Source of the DNA: Iphione sp. A-MEVVRFRX5
Lineage: Eukaryota
NCBI GenBank assembly: GCA_976226885.1
Contig: OZ320316.1
Location: 109,306,001 to 109,370,000, forward strand
Direction of reading: 5' to 3'
Length of the DNA: 64,000 nt
Shown here: positions 27,401 to 39,400 of the stretch, piece by piece
Layout: the number at the start of each line of letters is the position of its first letter
Numbering within the stretch: the stretch's first letter is position 1
The notes under the pieces: model-generated
The model's database searches: none
What the model saw: only the letters and a program-made list of their open reading frames with translations
Told to the model about the DNA's origin: nothing
Made by a program: the position numbers and the translations under genes

Positions 27401-30400
27401 ATGACCCTGTCCCCTATGATGATTACATTGTTAAGCAGCTTACCTGTACGACAGGTAAGTCGTTTGTTTCTCCATGGTTTGACCTGTCCATTTGAATTTC
27501 AGATTGATAAAAAATATTGCACCATATACTGGAAGAAACGCCCAGTCTTGTATCACGACAACCTCTCTATCATAACCACCTCCTAAAAGGACCAGGGCTA
27601 TGATGATGCAAACTTAGTCAATAAATTAAACCACCTCTGGTCAATATTATATGGTCGTGAAATATGTGCTAGTCGTTTAAGAAAGCTCTCACTGTATCTC
27701 GGCGCACTTAGCATTACCTACCATCAGTCTAAGCCTTAGTCCAATGATCCCGTTTTCAAGGATATTTCCCTTTTTTATGAAAACAACTGCCAAACATTTA
27801 TCTTTTTGTAGATTTTGTCGATCTGTCGGTTACACAGATCGTTTTGGGGAGTGCTTCCACAGTGACAACCCTGCAAGTGCAGGTAGGAATATATTTACAG
27901 TTCATAGTACATCATTTCTGTTTTCACGAATCAAGGGTATACACACATGCTGAACCTCACTAGCATCATCAAGTTTCATGTCATTTCATTTTCATTTAAT
28001 TTCATTGTGTCTAGGTATTAACCTATCATATGACCAGGCCCTTCAATATCCTCCTGGGGTAGCATACTACCATCTATTATTGAGAACTGAGAGACCAGAA
28101 TACCCGGGGTTGTCCTCTACTCTTATTTTGAATAGGTTTCTGTGATCTTTCTGTACTTAGAGGACAGAATCCTATATACCCACAGCCTTTTTATGAGTTG
28201 AGGACCACTCTGGGTTTGGGCTACAGTAAATCTGTTCGGTCTTGATCAAGAGTCCCAAACCCAGGATTGAACCTGCAACCTCTCAATTAGTGGACCAGTG
28301 CTCTACCACTGAGCTAACTGCCCAGCCAAAGTTTATCTGGTTATCCAGATTGATCCAGGAAACTGCTATATTAATAAAGAGCCAAACAAATTTTGCCTTT
28401 CCCATTAGAATGTAATATCGGGCAGGACAATTGGATGTGCTGGATTCCATACTAAATACTATTTGCCTCTGAAATTCTGCAACAATCAATAGAAAAGTAT
28501 TGTTCATTTCAGTACAAATGGGTTGCTTGCTTAATTGTCAACCAACCACTAAAACACTGTTTTCTGAGAGCATAATATAGACATTGGGCCTAAAAAAACG
28601 TTCTGTGTTTCTGGTAACATGCTGAAAAAATGAAAGATCCGTATGTCGGTGGAATATTATATATATTCTTTTCTTCTATGTTAATTCTGGCTCAAAGAAA
28701 CAAATGAACATAGTATCATATGTTAGACTGCTTAGATCTTAATGAAACTCATTTCAAATGAAAGCTAATAATGTAAGGAACAAAATGGGATATTGCATAT
28801 GTCTGTACCATCATTCACTCTAAAGTTATACATAAGCAATAAAAAAATAAAAAGTAGCAAATGGGTAAAATGTACAATCTATCAGAAATCATATTATACT
28901 AGTGTTTTTAACCGTCCAGAGAAGAGTCAATCGTTATTTTAAGCTGGGAAATGAGTGCGAATTTATATTTTAGGTGTATAACTCTTGGTGAAATTTCCTT
29001 TTTTTCAACCAACCCACATCCAACGCCTCTCCCCGGTCCTGTAGGGAATAGCCCATGCATTAGTCGCCTCCTGACTTTCATTGCAGAGTGTTCGGACGGG
29101 CGCTTCAGGGACGATTGGGTACACTCTCGAGGTATACATGTCACGTGACGAGTCCCTGGAGGAGGCACGTGACGTCCGAGTTTATCATGCTACCGGTCTG
29201 ACTGGGACTACCCAAAGTAACTTTAACCTGCAGGTATGTGCACCTAGGGTCCTTCAGGATTGGATAAATTCAGGTGCGTATGTCACATAACCCTTTCTTG
29301 CAGGATACAGACTGATCTTAGAGATCTTTGAGCAACTCTCTGACCGAAGCAAAACTTTAAATAATAATGACGGCCTGTCTTACACACTGTACCTTAAAAA
29401 CGCCCAGAGTTCTTAGAACATCGCTATGTGGCATAAGACTGCACAGTGGAAAAACACCGTAGAGACACGTCTCCAATATGGATGTACCCCTAATGGGGAC
29501 ACTTTCAGGGAGAACAGCTTCTATTTGTTATAAAAGAGAACATGTCTCTAATAGAAACATGTCTCAATTAGGGACAGTGTCAGCAAAGACCAAGGGTGTC
29601 CTGATCAAATACTTTCCACTGTACAGATAATTTCTCAGTGACACTGAAAGTTATCGCATTCATGTTTACAGGTAGACAGTGACGAAATCTACAACTACTG
29701 TGGGAACATGTATTACATCGCAAAGGTGACCCCTAGCGTCTACATCGACCCCGATCCTGACAATAACGTTATGGCCGTCGCTTACCAAATCGACTGCCAG
29801 TTGGCAGGTACATATGCAGTATTTTTTTAAATATTTTATTCTTGAAAATAAAACTGGATCTGTATCTACTCTAGCTGTATCATCATCCACATCCCATGGA
29901 ATCATACCATGAAAGGTACATCCCACAGTTACATTTAAAATCTTATTCTTGAAAATAATAACTAGAACTCTATCTACTCTACCTGCGTCATCATTTTAAT
30001 TCCACAGAAAAATACCAACAATATTGCACCCATACAGGATGTGACAACAACCAGTGTTTCACATCATACACTTCCAATACCTATTATTCTTCTTCACATA
30101 CTTTCCATAGCAGTCATTCTACAAAATACACCTGCAATAACAGTCTGTACATTGTACGTGTTAAATAATAGTCATTGATTGTCAAATAATTACTGTCCAA
30201 AAGATATGGATAACTTCATTATAGGTGAATGAGAATCTCATACCTTTCGGAATGTACCTTTGAGAATTTTCTCTGGTCTGACGAACCTTTGCTGTGGTAT
30301 TCTCACGTATCGTGAGGGAAAAGTTTGAAAATGACGTTCCGGAGTCATGTTTCTAGGCTTGATAAATAAACCCGTTGCAAACTAGAAGGGTGTGGAATAT

Positions 30401-33400
30401 TGATCACAAACTCCGGATATCAGACGTCGATTTGGTCCTTGAAGCTGTATGGTGTGAGTGATGTTCTCTGTGGGGTTTTTCTTTTCAGATATTTACGAAA
30501 TCAAAGATGGCGACATCAAGGTTCAAAAGACGGTCATTGGCGGCCATCAGTTCACCCTGACCTTCTCGGCTGAACTGAACAACATGCTTCCCAGCGAGAT
30601 AGGAGAAAGCTCTTCAATGCAGCACAATCTCATGTGGAAGGTGAGTCTGACCTACATCGCTGCAAGGTCATCTGCAGCTCACGCGTGTCACATACATGTG
30701 AGGCTGATAAGGTGGTTTTCCCCATGTGCCCGCATTCATGGTTATGGCTTGATAACCATAAGATGTGGCACCAACCAGGCAGAGACACTTGCTATGTCCC
30801 TATATACCCGGGTGTCTGGACATAATGCTTATGGATGTGTATTTGGATTGACGATGTGCCGTTCATGGATTTTCCCCTCATTTAAACATGAGGACTTTCA
30901 ACCAATTACTTGGGTAAAAAGATAATTGTATATAAGAATATTCTACAAAAACCATTGCAGACATCACGATATGTTTCTAGGGCCTTAACTACGGGTGTAT
31001 GGTAAAACTGCCTTGCCCTATCAGTCACCTGGCTGGTATATCTCCTGTTTTCTTAATATCTTATTCTTCAAAAATAAAATTTGATCTGTATCTATTCTAG
31101 CTGTATCATCATCCACATCCCATGAAATCATACCATGAGATGTACATCCCACAGTTACATTTAAAATCTTATTCTTGAAAATAAAAACTAGAACTCTATC
31201 TACTCTACCTGCATCATCATATCTCCCATTTACTATATTGCAATCACTTTAGAATCATGTAGAGGAGCACCTCACTGTGAGGGAGAAGCAGCTCTGAGGA
31301 CAACTCAGAGTTAAGCGCTTATTTGGCTGGTTCCAAAATCCAAGACAGCAGAGCGATTCAAAATTAAGGGCAAAAGTGTCTGGTCTTATTTGTAGTCCTA
31401 ATTCTCAGTCGCTTCTGTGTCACCCGCATTGAAGTTGGTCAACCGAGATAGCCATGCACCTGTTGCTTTCATGAAATGACGCTGGGTAGATACATCAATT
31501 CTAGATAGTGGAGCTGCTTTTCAAGGCGTCATCTGTCAGAGCCCAGGCCTGAAAGTGTGTGTGGATGGGGGGTTGGGTTGGGCAGGGGGGGGGGGGGTCG
31601 TCAGAACCCCCTTAAAGAAACTTACCTCCATCTAGATGCAACGGAGTGGACGTCTATAAAAAATACAATTTAGTGTTGTTCTATCTTAAATTGCAAAAAT
31701 CGCCGTTTCCGCCAAAATTGTTCGGTTTGGGGATAATTCGGATTTCGATTTGATTGTAACAAACTTGGGGGTGAGCAACCGGGCTCGCAGTCAGCTCGGC
31801 CGAGGTGCGAGCCCTTCAAACAGTAGCAAAAATCGTCCGAAAATCGGCAAACTTCAGGCAAATTCTGAGTACGATGAAAATGAATAGTGTTCAATAATAC
31901 ACTTAAGTTACTGAGAAGTTCCAACTGAAGGTGCGTGAGTAGCTGCGAATTAATGAGGCACCTTTAAAGGAAAGCTTCTGCTTTGTTGACTATTCAGGAG
32001 GTCGACCTGCATGGGTGGGGGGATGAGGTTTCCTCACCAGATATACCATAATCATGTAAATGTATTTGTTAAACATTAAAACAATGTCAACCATCTGTGA
32101 TAAACCCCAACTAAAGTGGCTCAAACAACTTGTGGCAGTGCGAAATGCACGAGAAAATCACCGTAACGGCGCATTTTGATTGGACAAATAATACATTTGT
32201 GACATTTAAAAAAAATACTGTGTCGTAAGAGTGTCCAGCGAATACGCAAGACGTCTGTTTGGAACTAACATGGACATATCCTTCTCCAGCTTTATGGTAA
32301 GGTGGGCGCCGGGTACGACTTCGACCAGATGGTCGATATCACCCCAACCTGGGCGTACCGCATGGACCAGGAGGACCTGCTGTGGGCCGCCCACCCTGTT
32401 GCCGTCCCCCTCATCTTCCAGGATGTCAAGGCTAATGTCACCGTCCCTGACGCCCTCTGTGCCATGGGGGTTGACCATCTCTTCCTGGGGGCCGAGCTGT
32501 TTGAGAACGATACGGAGTGTGTGTTACATAACAATTACTACTCTGTGCCCTTCAGCTGCCTCCAAACAGGTGAGCCAGTCCCCATACTCTTTAATGCACC
32601 ATGAACAATACTGAGAGTCTTTAATTTAATAAGAAAATTGAACTCATTTCTCTAAAGATTGGACCAATAATACAGTTTTTTGGGGGGAAAGATGAAGGTG
32701 GTCCTGAGACCATTATGCAATCCATCAGCAGTGCATGTAAAACCAATTGAGGGTGTTGTAATCTGGACGAAATAAATTTGCAAAAAGGGATACTAATGGA
32801 CCCATCGATTCTGTGGTTACAACAATGTGTGTTTTACTAAACAGGATGGGGTGTGGCCTATTCCCATAGCAACTAGGTCTCTGCGCATGAGCAGTAACAC
32901 TCCTACCTCAGCAAATATTGAGCACATTGCTTAGCTGAGAGACTAGAAGATATAGGGTGATGATTCTTCTGCCATTTTAAACAAATCTGTAAAAGGTAGG
33001 AGAAAATGGTTTGGCATATATATAGATAAGGTATTAAAGATTATTGGTTCAAATTTTGAGAGATTTCTGTGGAGAAATAACAGAGATGCAGCAGGTCAAT
33101 GTGACACATTTTCCATAGGATTTGGTAGTGGCTGTAAACCCTTGCCGAGGTCTAGCATTTATGGGTCATATTGACTAGCGCCACCTGGTTTGAGTTTTTT
33201 TTTTAATCGACGGGCTCATTTAAGGGCATAAAGACGTAAAGATCTTGCTGTGAACCTTACCACAGGACCAAGCAAACAAAAACAAGGACAACATGTTCGC
33301 TCAAAAACCAAACGTTGACCTTGCAGCCTCCACCGTTGACCTTCATGTCAGGGCAGCTCTTGGCGGTGGCTTCCGGTTCCAGTTTAAACGGAAGTTGGAC

Positions 33401-36400
33401 ATGGTATTGGGCGAGCCGCAGCCCTTCACACTGGAAGTCTACGCTAATATTTCAGGTAAGGTTCTCTTCTCTTTGTAACAAAGGACACCACGAGCAGGTT
33501 CTTCAATCGTCCAGCCTTTATTTCTGAAGCTGCATCACAGGTTACATGGTCGTCTCTGGCGGGTCCCAACAAGGACGCGCAACTCTCTCCTTATATACCA
33601 AACAGTGACGTAAACAACGCTACGAAAGTATGCAAAGCCTGCCGCGCTATCAGCAGCGGAAGTCTCATTTAGACAGCACACGATTGATCACCCATTGTGT
33701 CGACTCCAACTAGCAACAATACCGCGTGCCTCTACTGATAATACCTCGTTAATTGTAATGGTCACTTCGTTAACAAGATAAGGAACAACCTGTTTACAAG
33801 TTTGGCGTCACGTACGCCAAGCGAAAATTTTAACTGCGTCTCCAGTAAAAGGCTCTGCTTTAACACGTATATCTGTACACTATACACAACACAGTATACC
33901 CTTTTCTCATGCATATAGTCTTAACTCAATCTGGTACTGTGTTACATCTTCCTCAGGGTAATCTAAATCCCTTGAACACGGCAACATTCTTATGTTTGAG
34001 GAAATGGAAGATGACATATCCATACAGGCATCTCCGTGTTGCTGATTTCAGAAGAAATATTCACACATTAAAATCATGGTTTTAACGTTACAGACGGCAT
34101 ACGAGGGGCAACGTTAATATGATATTTCCAAGTCGGATCAATATCCTAAATATCGATTTTCTTTCACAATGTAAAAGGTTAAAAAAATGGTTGATGCTCG
34201 TAATAGGGGGAGGGTGGGTAATTTGGACCCCCTAAGAACAGCATGCTCTAAAATTAAAATGTCTAAGCCACTGTACAAAAACTTTGCTTATTTTGAAGCA
34301 TTAGGGTCTGCAGCATATTTTAACAAACTGAGGGAATTTTAGTTATATTAGTCTTTGAGTAAAATGCAATTGAAAATTTTTTATGACTGGTACAGTTTAC
34401 CGAACAGGGAGGGTAAATTGGACCAGGTGCCAAATTCTGAACAGTCAGGTGTAAAATGAATCTAGGTCCTAGATTTGTAAGTCCCATGAACAACAGCATG
34501 GCTTAGAAAGGTTTTGGTCACTATTAGTTGTTATGCCAATTGACTTTGTGACTTCTACCATCAAAATATGTACAACAGAATGGCACCTGCATTCGTGGGG
34601 TATTAGATTCCTTTCATACCTGTTGCTGCAACTTTATAAACTGTGTGTACATGTATATTTATAATGTTTCACCAAACATTTCAAAAACTAGAAAATTCCT
34701 TTGACAAGATAACCTCTCAGGCCTAAAAAGCTCCTTGCACTAGTGACAGGAGCTTTGTTGATGACCTTCTTGAATACCCGGACAAATTACCACACATCTA
34801 TACCAGTTATCTTGTCATTAAAAGTCCAAAATATGTTAAAACCAAAAGTAAATAAATAAAAACCAATAAATGTTTCTCTATTTATTTTCTTAAATGATGT
34901 CTTTCATTTCAATAAAAAAAATACATACAGTAGAAAAGGGTACATCATGGAGTTCCATAAATTTGCACTACATTTACTCTCTTAGTTCAAAATAGATTGT
35001 CTTCATATGATAGCTCAATGTTAAGACCAAATACAGATACCACAAGGTTTCTCCAAAGCCTGCTTAACATATAAAAGAAAAGGTAATGGTTGTGTAGGTA
35101 GATTGGACTGAGTCAGGTAGTTTGACCAGTGGTCCAATTTACCCTCCCTATAGTGGTCCAATTTACACACACACCGATCCCCAGGAAAAATATTTTCTGC
35201 TCATTTTTGTGTAAATGACAGACACTAAACTTGATGTTAGTATTGCTTCTGAGTGAGACAGTATTGATATAAAGTTATGATAGGGGTCTATGTACTTTCT
35301 GCTTGCAACTACATTGCCAAATATAATTGGTAAAATTAGATCAGTGAGACGTAAAACCAATAATGTGTCTCAGCTTGGCACATGTTTTTTTGAAGCCACC
35401 ATTCTTTAGTTCTGAGACATTGTGTAGTCATATTACTTGTTGTTGGGTGGTGCTCATATTCCCTCCTTGCCTGAAAATGAGAGATCTTGATGTGGTCCAA
35501 TTTACCCACTGGTCCAAATTACCCACCTTTCCCCTATACAAATAAAGTGTAGTACCTGAAAATATGGGTGTCTGTATGAGATTCAGCCCTTGGCCTCATG
35601 TGGTACAGCCAAACTTATTCCCAAGCTTAGACCACCGATGCATAGTTGTATTGTGTGAATTCATTTAGACTTCATGAATTCATTTAGTTGTCCATTTGTT
35701 AAAGCTGTGATGAAGACAGGTCCTGTCCTACGGTTAATCTCCCCCTCCTTGCCCTCCCCCCTATACCTTTATTCCATTCTGTTATAATAACAGTATGAAG
35801 AGAGGTCTTCCTCTAACCTTTAATCTTCTTTCCTTTTCTCCAGGAACCGTGGCAGACGTGTGGCCGAGTGTTTCCGCCGATGGGGGCGCCATCTTCGGTT
35901 ATGAATTCATTCTGTCCTCCCCGGAGCCCGATGGACCTCTTCCTATTCGTGTTCCTCATCAGATTAAAACCGCTGAGATTAACAGGCCAATTACCGGATC
36001 GATTCACTTCGACCTCAGTTAGTATGATCTAATCAAGTCCCTGTTCCTCTTCATCAATCGTGACTGGGTCACAGGCCCGTAGCCAATGGGGTATAGAAGG
36101 TATATTTTTGTCCCAACCCCCCCCCCCATAAAAGCCAGAGTTTCACCCAGGTAGCATAATGTCCCAGAAGCAGTGAGAAAAAGTGATGAAATGTGAGGAA
36201 ATGTGAGGAAAAATGATGATTGCTTCCCAGGAGATCCACTTCTCTTGTTTCATATACCCCCCCCCCCAAATTTCCTGGATACTGGCCTGGGTCACCAAAA
36301 ACCTTCTACGAGTCCTTCTTCTATTCTAAGCGACACAGATTTGATATAATTTTCGTCACCAGGGCAACCTTTTAACTCTCATCTGGGTCACAGCTCAAAA

Positions 36401-39400
36401 CAGTTGAGAACGCCTGGTCTGCATTATGACCGGCCAAAAACCTAGGTAGTGAGGCGGGTATCATTTTTTATTTTTTCCCACTTTCTTCCTCTGATTTTTT
36501 ATCAATTTGCCTGAGGTTTATTGTTTTTTTTTGCTGAATTTCCATGGATTTTGCTGTTTTTATACTGAATTTACCAAAAACATGTGCTGTGAAAACACAT
36601 TTCTAAGGAAATTCAGCCTCGGAAACACTTTAGGGCCAAAAAAGGTTAAGGTAGGTGAGGTTTTACTAGGTACGGGTGGGTAACCAGTAACACAACATTT
36701 TTGGCCTAAGTAATCTAAGAATTCATCCAGGGTTACGTATTCAAGCTTTAATTGTATCATTTCGACAGGTGGGGTTCTCCTCTTCCCTGTCGGCGTGTTC
36801 GTACACCTGTGTGGGCAGGACAATCTGACCTTGACAGTCGTCCTAGATCCAAACGATGACGTCACAGAAACAGACGAATCCAACAATGACGCCGCGCTGC
36901 ACGGCATACGCGTTCTGGGACAGGAAGATGATGACCTTTGCGACGGTAAATCCTGTCTTGACCTTCAAATTAGAACTGATTTTTATGAATCGTCTAGACC
37001 AAGGGCTCTTAACGCCTGCTGTGTCACGACACAAACTTATGTCAACCTGTTATGGCATGTGGGAGCCAAGGAGCTTTTGTGGCTTTTTTTTATAATTATT
37101 GGTATCTACAGTGTTTACAGTTAGAAGCCGACGCTGCAACCATATTTCGGATCTCTCGTAAAAAGGGTTATTAGAAACTTCTGGTTTAAATTCCTGAAAT
37201 TTTGATTATTTTCCGATGAAGCTGTTGAATGAGTATCTTCCCTCTCCTCAGCGGACCGCCCGGTCTCGGACTGGGGGGTCGGGAACTTTGCACTTCTCCC
37301 GGAGAATCGCGCGTGGGTATCCTTCGACGACAGCGACCCGGACGTCGCTCCCGTTGACTTCCGGGTGACCGTCGAGCACCGGAAGCGGCCGCCCGGGGGG
37401 TTGCCTACGTCGGTGTGGATGCTCCTCCTGTTGTCAGAGACCATGGGGGACACCCCCTCCATCCCGACCAGCCTCAGCCAGGTAGAGTGGCTGCAGACAG
37501 GGCTATCACTCTCTGCCTCCACCACTGATAGCGAGCTGTACATCGACACAGGTAAACCATCCATATATGTGAATATTTGTAATATAATTAACATGGATTT
37601 AGCTATAAAATGACTCCATATGTCTGTAGTCATCAGGGCGTTAAGAGCATTATAGCAGTAGAATGGCTGCAGACAGGGTTATCACTATCTGCCTCAACCA
37701 TGGATAGCAAGCTGTACATTGACACAGGTAACCCATCCATATAATATGTGAATATTTTAAACATATTTAACATGGGTTAGCTATAATAGTATTCCACATA
37801 TCTGTAGTATGCAGGGCATCATGTTTAGAACACACAGCAGTAGAATTGCAGCAGAATGAGCGTTTTGTGGCAGCTTATCAAGTGGCTGGCTGCTCCTAAG
37901 TTGACATCGCTGACCAATCCACACACAGAGAAGGGTTTTTAAATTTTAATCATTGACATATCTTATCATAATACACAGACTGTCTGTAGCAGGTAACCGT
38001 GTTTAGAGTACATATCCAGTGTGTGTTGGATTCTTGCCCAGAAGTAGTCTTATATAGAAAATAATAATCATTTTGTGTATTGGAGGGCACACTTCGAGGT
38101 TGGACAGTTTGACAGCTCTCTTATCAATGATGAGCCATAGGAGTCAGTTGACTGACAGGAAAGTTTACCCCCACTGTCATCCTGAGCAACCACATCTCTG
38201 CAATTGGTCTATCCTGAACTGATGATCTTATCCGTCTGGGTGAATCTTGCAGTGGAAATCTCGAAGAAGATCGTTGCCAATATGGCTGACGTCCACATAC
38301 ACCGGCTTTGTGGCCGTTTTTGCTACCTTGGCCTTGTCATTAACCCAGACACGGCCAACATGGAGACCGAAACAGACCCGGTCATCCCCAACGTGGCCTG
38401 GGCTCCCATAAGGCTGGACTGTCCCAGTCTCAAAGGTGAGTGAGGGGGAGGGGGAGAGGGAAGGTCGTGATGCAGTACAATATGCCATAGAAAGACCCTC
38501 AAAAAATAATATATATAGATGAAACTCATGTTTACCATTCCATCAGGTGTCGGCTTTGTGTCCTCAGACTTACACCCAACTACTAACACCATTCTGATGG
38601 TCACCATAACACTTATCAACAAGGGCCAAACTCTCACCAAGGGTGCTCCGATTAGAGCTTTTCTACTGTATATTTATATATGTAACTCATGTTTATCATT
38701 CCATCAGGTGTCGGTTTTGTGAAGATTACGGCCATCCATGAGACCTTATACCCAACTACCAATGCCAATCTGATGGTCTCTCACCAAGGGTGTTCCAATA
38801 AGAGGTTTTATACTGTATATTTATATATGTAACTCATGTTTATCATTCCATCAGGTGTCGGTTTTGTGAAGATTACGGCCGCCCCTCAGACCTTACACCC
38901 AACCACCAATGCCAATCCGATGGTCACTGTAACACTTATCAACAAGGGCCAAACTCTCACCAAAGGTGTTGTGATTAGAGCTTTTTCTACTGTATATTTA
39001 TATATGTAACTCATGTTTATCATTCCATCAGGTGTTGGTTTTGTGAAGATTACGGCCGCTCCTCAGACCTTACACCCGACCACCAACACCAATCTGATGG
39101 TCACCATAACACTCATCAACAAAGGCCCAACCCTCAAGGTCGCAGTAGACTCCCCAACCATGACCGTCGGAGTCGAGCTGCGGAGCTCTTCCGGCAGTGA
39201 CGTCATTTCCGGAGTAGTTCCCGACCTCACCATAGACGCGGACTGGCTCCGAGGGGCCCATCGTGTGGAGGATTTCTCAGTGACGCCCATCCCACTGAAT
39301 GCATTCTGTGCTCCTCTGGGTTGTAAGTAGCATTGCTTATCAAGGGCTTTTCATGACCTTTCCATCAGTAGGGCTTCCTTAGTAGAACCTCAGTACTGGA

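Noticed and set aside
33266-33326. Upstream acceptor for exon 28 (DQANKNKDNMFAQKPNVDL...)
   Set aside because: It is phase 0 and incompatible with the phase-1 donor of exon 27, unless there is an exon I missed.
37121-37633. Minus-strand ORFs overlapping exons (e.g. 7395-7646, 14260-14565, 21042-21373, 40784-41122, 46417-46818)
   Set aside because: They are antisense shadows of GC-rich exons with no recognisable product.
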